Notes under the pieces: generated by a model
What the model was told of the DNA's origin: nothing
Databases searched by the model: none
The model's input: only the letters and a program-made list of their open reading frames with translations
Made by a program: the position numbers and the translations under genes
Shown here: positions 21,394 to 29,832 of the stretch, one piece after another
Position numbering within the stretch: the first letter of the stretch is position 1
How the letters are laid out: each line of letters opens with the position of its first letter
Virus record (IMG/VR): IMGVR_UViG_3300007513_000005
DNA length: 64,000 nucleotides
Strand: one strand, 5' to 3'
Origin: a virus

Positions 21394-22700
21394 ATCATTA
21401 TCGCCTTTGTTATCAACTGTGATGACCCTTTTATAGAAGGATGTATGTGATCCATCATCTCGACTTGTGGCGTAGATCCAGCAAAACTAAATGTAGAATA
21501 CTTACTAGATATATGGTTATTGACCTCTGTAGTAAATCTACCATAATGGTCTATCTTGGATTGATTGTCGAAATCATTTTTAGTATTAACTTTTCTTGTT
21601 TTACTTCCATTCCAAGGAAGGTTTACTAACATCACCCTGACCTCATATCCCGACTTTATTCCAAGAGCAACGATTGCATCAATATTCTTTTTTGCAAGAT
21701 CAGCAGTGAATGATGTATTTCTATTCTTTCCATAACCGCCTCTTGCATGCTTTCCCCAACCTGATTGACCAAGAGCATCGTTTGTCCCTGCTGATACTAT
21801 CATCACTTTTTTCTTTCCCGAAGTAGTTAGTGTCGTTTTCCCAAAATGTGCTTTAAGTCTTCGAAGTATCTGCGCTGTGGTGGCGCCCGAAAGAGCAACG
21901 GAGGTTTTGCATTGGTAATATAAGTTCTTACCTCGACAGTGAGGGTAATTTATGATTCCTTGACCGACGGCGGCGATGGTCATTCCAGCGGCGATACTAT
22001 CCCCAACAATCAAAAATTCAGTTTCTTTGATGTCTGGTTTTTCTTTTATTGCATCTGCAAGGGATTTGCCAGGTGTTGTATTTTTTGGTGATGGTTTCGG
22101 TACACCCTTCGAGGCATCTTTTAATTTATTTGACTGCTTTTTTTTAAACTTGTCTTCCGTTTTGGGTTTGTCTTTTGGCTTAGGTGGTTTTTCCCCCTTA
22201 ACATATGGCAGTCCAGATGCTTTTTGAGATCTTACTATTCCATAATTTGGTCCAAGCATTCGCACGACGCAACTTCTGTTAGTCTGCATGTCAGTACCAT
22301 CTTCCGATTCCCCAACTTCATATACGATTGTCAACATTTCAGCTGGTAATTTTGCGGGATTCACATGACTGCCCTGACCTGCGACGATGGCATAGTGCCT
22401 AGATAAAGTTATTGAGTTAGTTGTATCTGAGTCTTCATCTTTGGATACTATTCTCAAAGATGATAACACCTTATCGTGTGCTGGGGAAATTTGTGATACG
22501 GAGATCTTTTCTGTTTTTATTATTATAGCAGGAGTAAACTCTTCACTGTACCCCACCACTCTTGATTTGGATAGGTGTGCGGCCGCAGTGCGAAGTCTAG
22601 ACTCAAACGATTCGCCTGGTGTGTGTGATACCACGTCTTCGTCGAGTACCTGATTACCAGAACCTGCTTCTGTAAATAAGGAATATTTATCTTTACTCAT
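21390..22700 (-). CDS. Paralogue B: shared N-terminal domain fused to SGNH/GDSL hydrolase
   Basis: SGNH blocks are GDSI, SGAT, GTND and DHIHP. The likely start is ATG 22700 (MSKDKY), in an ATGA overlap with the upstream stop. Confidence 0.8.
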   Translation of the reverse strand: MSKDKYSLFTEAGSGNQVLDEDVVSHTPGESFESRLRTAAAHLSKSRVVGYSEEFTPAIIIKTEKISVSQISPAHDKVLSSLRIVSKDEDSDTTNSITLSRHYAIVAGQGSHVNPAKLPAEMLTIVYEVGESEDGTDMQTNRSCVVRMLGPNYGIVRSQKASGLPYVKGEKPPKPKDKPKTEDKFKKKQSNKLKDASKGVPKPSPKNTTPGKSLADAIKEKPDIKETEFLIVGDSIAAGMTIAAVGQGIINYPHCRGKNLYYQCKTSVALSGATTAQILRRLKAHFGKTTLTTSGKKKVMIVSAGTNDALGQSGWGKHARGGYGKNRNTSFTADLAKKNIDAIVALGIKSGYEVRVMLVNLPWNGSKTRKVNTKNDFDNQSKIDHYGRFTTEVNNHISSKYSTFSFAGSTPQVEMMDHIHPSIKGSSQLITKAIMI

Positions 22701-24100
22701 CTCTTGCGCTCCGCCCTCATAAATCCCGCTTTTTTGCCTGCGACATGAGTTTCTAGGCTCCAATCATTTGGTCCTAAAGTAATTGTCTGCCCCTTGGCGA
22801 ACGGTATCGAGTAGGTATATCCGTCCTTACCCCTAAACCTATAGATATACCCTTCTTCCTTTACTTTTTTATTGTGGGCAGCTAAGACTTCCCTGAATTT
22901 CTTTAAGTTCTTAAGATAATTCTCCACTGTCTTTTTGGGGTTTCCTATAACTTTCCCTTTAATTGGACTATAGATTTTGGTGCCTTCGAGGGCGCCAATA
23001 TCCAGTCCGCCGTGAGAAGTTCCTGCTGCCCTCTTTTGTCCAAATTCTGCAAAACCAGCTGGGGCGTACACGTTTCCACCTTTGCCTGAGTTTATGTAGT
23101 AATCCCATGCTTTACCCTTATTGAGTGGGTGTTTGTTGCATACTTTGGCCAGGTGTCTGCGGGGATTATACTTTTTCTGTTTGCGGCCGCGCCATCTTAC
23201 AACCTCGATATGAGTGTGAGGGAATTGATCCTTACCTTCCTTGTTCAAAGGGTCCATCATACCAGACCTGCCAACCATTCCTAAATAATCCCCAACCTCA
23301 ACTTTGCCGTTTTCTAGAAGCGCTTCATTTACGGCTTGAAAATGAAAGAATTTAAGAATATAGTTATCAATAAGAGAGTCATTATTGCCAACACCCACGA
23401 GCGAGACCCTCACGCCAGCCGACCAAGAACTTCTGACACTATTGCCATACCCTGGAGCAAATCTAACCATATTATGTATAATGACATAAACTGCGATTGT
23501 GTGATTCAATTTTAAATCCTTAAATCCATTAGGTCCGTCTTCTGGTACTGGCACAACCACCAATTCGCCGCGAGGGTTGCGGTAAAACGCTGGTTTAGCT
23601 GGGGGTCGGTCGACTCCGAGTTCTATAGCACCAGACTTAATGTGAGAATCCACAATACCATAATCTGTCGACAACATTTGAACCCTAACTTCTCTAATGG
23701 TATTCTGATTGGTTGTAACATCCGTCGAAGAGTCTGTGAATTCATATATTACTGTAAATATCTCAGCAGGCATGGTAATTGCGTTTCGTCCTCCAGTAAG
23801 TCCCTCAACTGCACAATAATGCCTAATGACAGACATTGCAGTATCTGAATCGGTATCCACGGATTCTGGATTTATTAAATCCCGTGCCTTTTGGTGAGCG
23901 TCTGGGATTTGAGATATACTTATCTTTTGCGACTTCAATATCAAGGCACTCCTCGTATTCAGTAATGATTCCGTCTTTGCTGAAGCGTGTGAGTTTAGGG
24001 ACTCAATATTATCCGTGATGTCGGTGCCGACTGCTTGGGTTTTTGAAGTGTCCAACGTTGTGTCGGTCATAGAATAGTGTAGATATTTTGATGATGTCAC
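22697..24100 (-). CDS. Paralogue A: shared N-terminal domain fused to circularly permuted M23 metallopeptidase
   Basis: M23 C-half (FFHF...KVEVGDYLGMVGRSG...PHTHIEV...NP) precedes the N-half (FG.KR...HGGLDIGALEGTKIYSPIKGKV). GTG start with GGAGG 7 nt upstream. Confidence 0.75.
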   Translation of the reverse strand: MTSSKYLHYSMTDTTLDTSKTQAVGTDITDNIESLNSHASAKTESLLNTRSALILKSQKISISQIPDAHQKARDLINPESVDTDSDTAMSVIRHYCAVEGLTGGRNAITMPAEIFTVIYEFTDSSTDVTTNQNTIREVRVQMLSTDYGIVDSHIKSGAIELGVDRPPAKPAFYRNPRGELVVVPVPEDGPNGFKDLKLNHTIAVYVIIHNMVRFAPGYGNSVRSSWSAGVRVSLVGVGNNDSLIDNYILKFFHFQAVNEALLENGKVEVGDYLGMVGRSGMMDPLNKEGKDQFPHTHIEVVRWRGRKQKKYNPRRHLAKVCNKHPLNKGKAWDYYINSGKGGNVYAPAGFAEFGQKRAAGTSHGGLDIGALEGTKIYSPIKGKVIGNPKKTVENYLKNLKKFREVLAAHNKKVKEEGYIYRFRGKDGYTYSIPFAKGQTITLGPNDWSLETHVAGKKAGFMRAERKR

Positions 24101-24101
24101 C

Positions 24102-24392
24102 CTAGTCCTCCGAAGAGTTTATCATCTCAAACAAGCTATCCTTTTCATCTTCGGAAATGGAGTTGTCGACCTTAGAACTCTTTTTGTGTTGTAGTGCTGC
24201 AATCTTAACTAACTGTTCATTTGACCTTTGAAGGGTTTCTAAATACTTTGCCGCCACCAGGCCAACTTCTCGATGGCGGTCGGTTGTCTCTTGCATGTAT
24301 TTCATCAGATTTGTCAACAAAACTTTCGTTGCGGCACGATCTTCGGTGACGTTTCTGGTTGCTTCTGATATTAATTCTTCAATCTCTTTCAT
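24102..24392 (-). CDS. Hypothetical helical protein
   Basis: 96-aa ORF in operon orientation, with a TAHTTA-type motif just upstream. Confidence 0.6.
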   Translation of the reverse strand: MKEIEELISEATRNVTEDRAATKVLLTNLMKYMQETTDRHREVGLVAAKYLETLQRSNEQLVKIAALQHKKSSKVDNSISEDEKDSLFEMINSSED

Positions 24393-24404
24393 ACAATAAA
24401 TATG

Positions 24405-25109
24405 CTAAATTTGAAATTTATCACCCCGTTCATATTTGATCACAAAGTACTTATACCTTTCCCTCATCTTATTCAATGTATTTACTATCTGCTTTGTTTT
24501 GAGTCCAGTAATTTCTCTTAAATACAAATAGACCGCTTTTTTGTTTAAGATTTCTATATCCTCAACATTTTCTAAAAGTATCTTCACAGCAGACAATACT
24601 TTCTTTTCATTATCCTTGGTGAAGAGGTTTGAACCTTGCCATCGATCAACCTCTAGTTTTAAATACCCCCAGAACTCGTACTTCTCTCGCCTATTGACAT
24701 AACCTTCATCGTTGTATATCAACCGTTCGTGCTGGTTTTCTTTGACGATCTCCTCATAAGCAACCTCTCTTTTTACTTTTGTGGAATTCTTCTTGAACTG
24801 GTGAATGAACCAATGCTTCGTAATTACGGAAAAATAAGAAAATGCTTTAGATCCTCTATTCGGGTCGTACTTGCTGAGAATAGTTGTTAACCAAACTTTA
24901 CAATCGTCTTTCAGGACATCTATGTTTGGTATGTTTGTGAAGTTATAAGTGTAGATGATCTTATCAACCATCTCACTAAAGGCGGGTTGTATATATTGTA
25001 CATACAGTTTTTCACGTTTATCTCTACTTTCAGTAGAACAATATTCGACTATTGCATCCTCGTGAACACTTGTAAAGTAATAATTTTTAGTCCTCTTCTT
25101 TCTCGGCAT
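24405..25109 (-). CDS. Phage RNA polymerase sigma-factor-like protein (probable late sigma)
   Basis: Sigma region-2-like LSKYDPNRGSKAFSYFSVITKHWF and a C-terminal HTH-like LREITGLKTKQIVNTL. Confidence 0.65.
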   Translation of the reverse strand: MPRKKRTKNYYFTSVHEDAIVEYCSTESRDKREKLYVQYIQPAFSEMVDKIIYTYNFTNIPNIDVLKDDCKVWLTTILSKYDPNRGSKAFSYFSVITKHWFIHQFKKNSTKVKREVAYEEIVKENQHERLIYNDEGYVNRREKYEFWGYLKLEVDRWQGSNLFTKDNEKKVLSAVKILLENVEDIEILNKKAVYLYLREITGLKTKQIVNTLNKMRERYKYFVIKYERGDKFQI

Positions 25110-25395
25110 CCCCTTCCTCTTCTGTTTCTATCTCTACCAGTGCCATAAGGTCACCGTACTCATCTAGAGAATCTAAAATTCCTTTCGAGTGATCAATCAA
25201 AGCTTGCAAAGTCTGATCTCCATAAAACATCTCTGCTTCGTGAATTTGTTCCACATGCATCCTGAATACACTAATCATCTCGTACACCGAGTCTATGTTA
25301 GATCCGACAATCAACATACGGCGGGCGAGTCGCGTAGCGTAGAATATCAACAACCCGTTCAATACTACTGAAAATAATAAAAACAACTCAATCAT
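25087..25395 (-). CDS. Membrane-anchored hypothetical protein
   Basis: N-terminal hydrophobic helix followed by an acidic helical region. Confidence 0.55.
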   Translation of the reverse strand: MIELFLLFSVVLNGLLIFYATRLARRMLIVGSNIDSVYEMISVFRMHVEQIHEAEMFYGDQTLQALIDHSKGILDSLDEYGDLMALVEIETEEEGDAEKEED

Positions 25396-25648
25396 CTTTG
25401 TAAACCTTACTCTTTAAATTCTTCTTCTCTTTTTTGATTTCAGATTTTGCTTCCTCAATATGAGATTTAACAACGTCGCCAGCTTTTGCCTTAAACTTGT
25501 CCTTATCTACCTTCTGCCCTATATCGGACACAACCTTGATGATGTGATCGGATGAACATATCTCGCAGGATTCCTGCTCTTGATCCATCCTAAGAAAAGC
25601 GCTAAAATTCTCCTCACATTCTAAGCAAAGAAATTCATAAATCGGCAT
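25388..25648 (-). CDS. FmdB-family zinc-ribbon protein
   Basis: MPIYEFLCLEC...CEICSS. ATG at 25648. Confidence 0.8.
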   Translation of the reverse strand: MPIYEFLCLECEENFSAFLRMDQEQESCEICSSDHIIKVVSDIGQKVDKDKFKAKAGDVVKSHIEEAKSEIKKEKKNLKSKVYKDD

Positions 25649-25652
25649 TATA

Positions 25653-25859
25653 CTAATCGCTTCCAACTGTACTATTTGTTTCATTCACATCCATAAGATG
25701 CGATGTATCAATAGTTGGAGGGTTTAATATAATAATCTCCTCGTTTTCACCCAACATTAAATCAAACCCCCTCAATACTGGGGTGATATCCGTTTGCTTC
25801 ATTAGTGAGTCTTGTAGTGCCAACATAATTGCACCAAGTGCTTGATCAGATAATTTCAT
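25653..25859 (-). CDS. Small hypothetical protein
   Basis: 68-aa ORF, 4-nt overlap with cysC. Confidence 0.55.
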   Translation of the reverse strand: MKLSDQALGAIMLALQDSLMKQTDITPVLRGFDLMLGENEEIIILNPPTIDTSHLMDVNETNSTVGSD

Positions 25860-26398
25860 TTTTTTCCTCCTGTTTCTTCTAAAATAAAATTTACTAAATT
25901 TTCTACCGACTGGTCAATAGTTTCCTTATTGGTGTCGATAATTAAATCTGCGTTCTTTGGTTCTTGGAATGGATCCGAAATGCCCGTAAAGTTCGGGATA
26001 TGCTCAGGATCCGTTTTAGGTAAAAGTGCCTTTCTGTACAATCCTTTGGGATCTCTCTCAATTAAGGTTTCAATATCACACTTAACATAAACAATCCTAG
26101 ACAGCGGGTTGTCAGACTTTACCTCTCTCCGTATATCATCATAAGGGTTTATTGCAGACATTACACAGACCACTTTGTTGCGGGACAAAACCTTCCCAAC
26201 AAACGAAAGTCTTCTGATATTAGTGTTCCTGTCCTCTTTTGAAAACCCAAGGTCCTTGCAGAGTCCCTCTCTATATTCGTCACCGTCGATAACCTCTACA
26301 TTATAACCCATCTCTCTTAGGCGGGTTTGTGCTAAAAAAGTCATTGTAGACTTACCTGCGCCACTCATGCCTGTCATCTGTACAAAAATACCACTCAT
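25856..26398 (-). CDS. cysC: Adenylyl-sulfate (APS) kinase
   Basis: P-loop GMSGAGKST, IDGDEYR, LGFSKEDRNTNIRR, RDPKGLY, FTGISDPFQEP. Confidence 0.93.
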   Translation of the reverse strand: MSGIFVQMTGMSGAGKSTMTFLAQTRLREMGYNVEVIDGDEYREGLCKDLGFSKEDRNTNIRRLSFVGKVLSRNKVVCVMSAINPYDDIRREVKSDNPLSRIVYVKCDIETLIERDPKGLYRKALLPKTDPEHIPNFTGISDPFQEPKNADLIIDTNKETIDQSVENLVNFILEETGGKK

Positions 26399-26399
26399 A

Positions 26400-26801
26400 T
26401 TATTCTCCCAAATACCTTATTACTAAATCATGTATAGATGAGTCGACATTCTCACGCCAAGACTCATTGCTCTCTTTGATGTTGTTTCTAATTCCAGTAG
26501 CGGAAATAAACCCAATGTTCTGTGGAGGTACGTGCTCGTTAAGTTCATACCCAACTCCGCGTCCCCAATTGACACTTTCAATGTCTGGGATACAAACTAC
26601 CTCCACGTCCTGCTCACTGTATACTTTTTGTATCATTTCTACTGTCTGTTCTGTAGTAAAAGGATTCTTTTCATCGGGCGGGATATCCCTAACTGCGATC
26701 AAGATTGGTTTACCCTCGCTTAGCTTCTGGTTGATTAACCACTTGTGTCCATTGTGAAATGGTTGCCACCTGCCAACAAACATTGCTCTCTTATTGATCA
26801 T
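26400..26801 (-). CDS. Small HIGH-family nucleotidyltransferase (candidate minimal ATP sulfurylase)
   Basis: GRWQPFHNGH (HIGH-like), WGRGVG and ISATGIR. Directly upstream of cysC. Confidence 0.75.
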   Translation of the reverse strand: MINKRAMFVGRWQPFHNGHKWLINQKLSEGKPILIAVRDIPPDEKNPFTTEQTVEMIQKVYSEQDVEVVCIPDIESVNWGRGVGYELNEHVPPQNIGFISATGIRNNIKESNESWRENVDSSIHDLVIRYLGE

Positions 26802-27660
26802 CCGAAATTGCCCTACCTTTTAGTTTTTCCCAATCCTTCTCTGGTCTTACATTTAAATTTGTCTTCCATGCGCCCTTCAACACCGCAAGGTCCAATCCGA
26901 TTGAATCCGCAAATGTCATAAACGCATTAATATCTTTAGGGAAACAAGACCCTCCGAAACCCATCTTACCATCTGGTCCTGGCACCTGTAAGTGTGAATC
27001 ACCTACACGTCCGTCCGATACAAAACCTCTGACGGCTTTTTCCCAATTAATCGTTCCTGTCTTCTCTGCCACCATATTCATCTCGTTCATAAAAGAAACC
27101 TTGACGGCAAAAAACAAATTATTAAAATACTTTATCATCTCAGCTGTTTCATAATTCGTTGTTATGAAATTATTTCCAGCAAACCTCAAATTATACAATT
27201 GCTTGACCTTATTAACTGACAAGTTTCGCTGTCCATCATCCAAGTCTGTCTCAAAACCCAATACGATTCTAGACTGGTTTAGAAAATCAAACCTAGCATG
27301 CCGCTCAGTTAGAAACTCAGGATTAAAAACAATTTGCAAATTGGGATGCTTCCTCTTTAAACCCCTGGTTGTGCCTGGTACAACTGTTGACTTTAGCACA
27401 AATACAGTCTTACTGCTTTGCTTCTTGCACACCTCAACTGCGTCGAATACGGACTCAACGATAGAGAGATCGATTGTACCATCACTTTTCATAGGGGTTG
27501 GAACAGATATAAACACAACATCCGTATCATTAACAACCTCCTCCAAAGTATTAAAAGACTTATCAGGATCTTTGTCAAAAATCTTTACCTCCATATATGG
27601 AATAAAAGCATGTGCGATTGCGTTTCCGACAAAACCGTTCCCAATAATACCCAACTTCAT
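26791..27660 (-). CDS. ugd: UDP-glucose/GDP-mannose dehydrogenase family, lacking C-terminal domain
   Basis: GNGFVG, ISVPTP, KSTVVPGT, FNPEFL, AEMIKY, GFGGSCFPKD. Only 289 aa. Confidence 0.85.
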   Translation of the reverse strand: MKLGIIGNGFVGNAIAHAFIPYMEVKIFDKDPDKSFNTLEEVVNDTDVVFISVPTPMKSDGTIDLSIVESVFDAVEVCKKQSSKTVFVLKSTVVPGTTRGLKRKHPNLQIVFNPEFLTERHARFDFLNQSRIVLGFETDLDDGQRNLSVNKVKQLYNLRFAGNNFITTNYETAEMIKYFNNLFFAVKVSFMNEMNMVAEKTGTINWEKAVRGFVSDGRVGDSHLQVPGPDGKMGFGGSCFPKDINAFMTFADSIGLDLAVLKGAWKTNLNVRPEKDWEKLKGRAISDDQ

Positions 27661-28526
27661 GACAACTCCTCTTTCAAAGTCTTAAATACAGACTCTAGGC
27701 CCTTTCCCAGTTTAACCTTGCTCTCCCATCCGTGTGATTTAAATTTTGACAAATTCGCCTTAGTCAACATTACATCACCTACTCGGGCATCAACATACTT
27801 AAACTCTTGCTCTGGAAAATATTGTAACACAATTTCTTTCATTTCATTCAAACTAATATTATCCCCAGACCCAATGTCATACCAGTGTCCCCACAAATCG
27901 TCCTTATCGATATTCTCAGCACAAAAAATGTTTGCAGAAACAATGTCGTCGACGTGGGTCATATCGCGACGCTGTTCTCCGTCACCCGTAATGAATGGTA
28001 CTTTACCTTCTTTGATATATTTTTTCCAATTACAAACAACTGTAGCATATTCACTATCAGCAACTTGATCATAAGAGTAAACATTAAAATACCTCAATGC
28101 AACAGTCTTCAACCCATACAATTCACTGTACAATAGAGTCTCCAATTCACCAACATATTTAGAAAGTGCATACGGACTAGCGGGACCATTACCATTCCCA
28201 ACAACAGATGATGAACTGCTGTAGATTACAGGAATGCCCTCTCTTTTCGCCCAATGCAAGATATTAGTAGTCGAATTAATGTTATTATTCATAACCACCG
28301 TAGGATGCTTTACACTAAACGCAACTCTAGGAATTGCTGCAAAATGCACAACTACATCAATAGGGTTGTTTTGGTGGTTGATGTGTAATTCTTTTACCTT
28401 CTTTGATAGGTCAAACTCGCGATTCCCATTCATATCATACCCCACATAGGTATGTCCGAGTTCTTCCCACTTCTTAACGAAGTTTCCGCCGATGTATCCT
28501 TCGTGTCCCGTTACCAACGCTCTCAT
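27657..28526 (-). CDS. NAD-dependent epimerase/dehydratase (extended SDR)
   Basis: TGHEGYIG, SSSS, YALSK (YxxxK), LRYFNVY, GDGEQRRD. Confidence 0.9.
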   Translation of the reverse strand: MRALVTGHEGYIGGNFVKKWEELGHTYVGYDMNGNREFDLSKKVKELHINHQNNPIDVVVHFAAIPRVAFSVKHPTVVMNNNINSTTNILHWAKREGIPVIYSSSSSVVGNGNGPASPYALSKYVGELETLLYSELYGLKTVALRYFNVYSYDQVADSEYATVVCNWKKYIKEGKVPFITGDGEQRRDMTHVDDIVSANIFCAENIDKDDLWGHWYDIGSGDNISLNEMKEIVLQYFPEQEFKYVDARVGDVMLTKANLSKFKSHGWESKVKLGKGLESVFKTLKEELS

Positions 28527-29209
28527 TTGTATTTTAAATCCTTTAAGTGTTTCTCAAATTTTGGTAGTTCATGATCTGAACACAAATCCTTGTATGCCTC
28601 TGGGTCTTTTCCTATGGCACGTCCGTCGACCTTTCTCTTTCCATAATTTGTCTCGTTGCCTTTACCAGCGCGGCCTAACACTGAAACATTCCAATCAAAG
28701 ACCCAATCCTCAACATAATCTGGATAGTCTTTAAAACTATGCTCTGATTCTAATCCAAATTTCTCTTCCATTTGGTGCTGGACTTTTTCGGGATCCGTTA
28801 CGAGATCTTCATATTTAACCTCAAGATCAATCAAGTTGCCAAACAGGACCTTGTTTCTTTGGTCCATGGACTCAATCCACCTCTTCGGTTTAACATAGTT
28901 CCCATCTGACAGGACAACATCTCTCCCATCTCTAACTACGTTTATAACTCTAATGTCTTCTTTTAGAATATCAGCTGCTTGAAATTGGAACTCTGGTACC
29001 AACACGTTACTTAAAAGTGCTGGTGGGTGTCTCTTTCCTATTGTAAATCCGCTCTTGCTTTCATGCTTGACGAACTTGTCAAAGTCCATCTCATGACCGT
29101 CGAAACCCTCTTTGTAAATAACTTCCGTATCTTTAAATGCGTAACACATCCTCAAAAGTAATGTGGTGCCCGACTTCGCACATCCTGTAATAAAAATCTT
29201 CTTACTCAT
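28523..29209 (-). CDS. PAPS-dependent sulfotransferase
   Basis: 5'-PSB ITGCAKSGTTLL, 3'-PB VVRDGRDVVLS, VKYEDLVTDPE. ATG 29209 in a TAATG overlap. Confidence 0.8.
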   Translation of the reverse strand: MSKKIFITGCAKSGTTLLLRMCYAFKDTEVIYKEGFDGHEMDFDKFVKHESKSGFTIGKRHPPALLSNVLVPEFQFQAADILKEDIRVINVVRDGRDVVLSDGNYVKPKRWIESMDQRNKVLFGNLIDLEVKYEDLVTDPEKVQHQMEEKFGLESEHSFKDYPDYVEDWVFDWNVSVLGRAGKGNETNYGKRKVDGRAIGKDPEAYKDLCSDHELPKFEKHLKDLKYK

Positions 29210-29832
29210 TATATCTCCCAAGTCTTATATTCTGGTTCTTTGGTTTTATTCGTATTGTGCATTCTATATCTATAGAACGGAATTCTTAAGTGATGAATTT
29301 TATACTCTTGTCCTAATCTTTTTCTCAATTCCTCTTCTTCTCTATGGCGCATCTTACCATTATATCCACCCATCTGTAAGAAGGGATCTCTACGATACAT
29401 TATACCACAAGATATGTTGTCTTGTTCTGCATATCTTCTCTCTAGTGTGTTCTCGAAGTTGTCTACCATGAGATAATCGCAAGACACGCAAAAGGCGTCA
29501 TGATTTGCTTCAAGGTAAGTCTTCATTATATAACACATATCTGAATTTACATAATCATCGGCATCCACTCTAATGAAGAATTGTCCTTTACTATTTTGGA
29601 CACCCACATTTGCAGCGACAGCAACACCACCGTTGGTCCCTGTACTTACAACCTTGACATCTTCTTTGAACGGTTGCAGTGCTGCAATTGAACCATCAGT
29701 ACTACAGTCGTCGACGACAATAACTTCATGATTGACGTGAGATTGGTTTAAACAACTCCTCACAGCGCGAGAGATATATTTTTCATAATTATAATTTGTT
29801 ATAATGACAGACACATCAGGATTAGAACTCAC
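29209..29832 (-). CDS. Glycosyltransferase family 2
   Basis: VSVIITNYN, VVDDCSTD, RVDADD. Likely GTG start at 29832. Confidence 0.9.
   Translation of the reverse strand: MSSNPDVSVIITNYNYEKYISRAVRSCLNQSHVNHEVIVVDDCSTDGSIAALQPFKEDVKVVSTGTNGGVAVAANVGVQNSKGQFFIRVDADDYVNSDMCYIMKTYLEANHDAFCVSCDYLMVDNFENTLERRYAEQDNISCGIMYRRDPFLQMGGYNGKMRHREEEELRKRLGQEYKIHHLRIPFYRYRMHNTNKTKEPEYKTWEI

Noticed and set aside
1-24100. Bacterial eCIS or T6SS locus rather than phage
   Set aside because: Surrounding genes (late sigma, PhoH, solo Cas4, head-protein-like ORFs) and the absence of housekeeping or membrane-complex genes fit a jumbo phage. This cannot be fully excluded without the capsid and terminase region.
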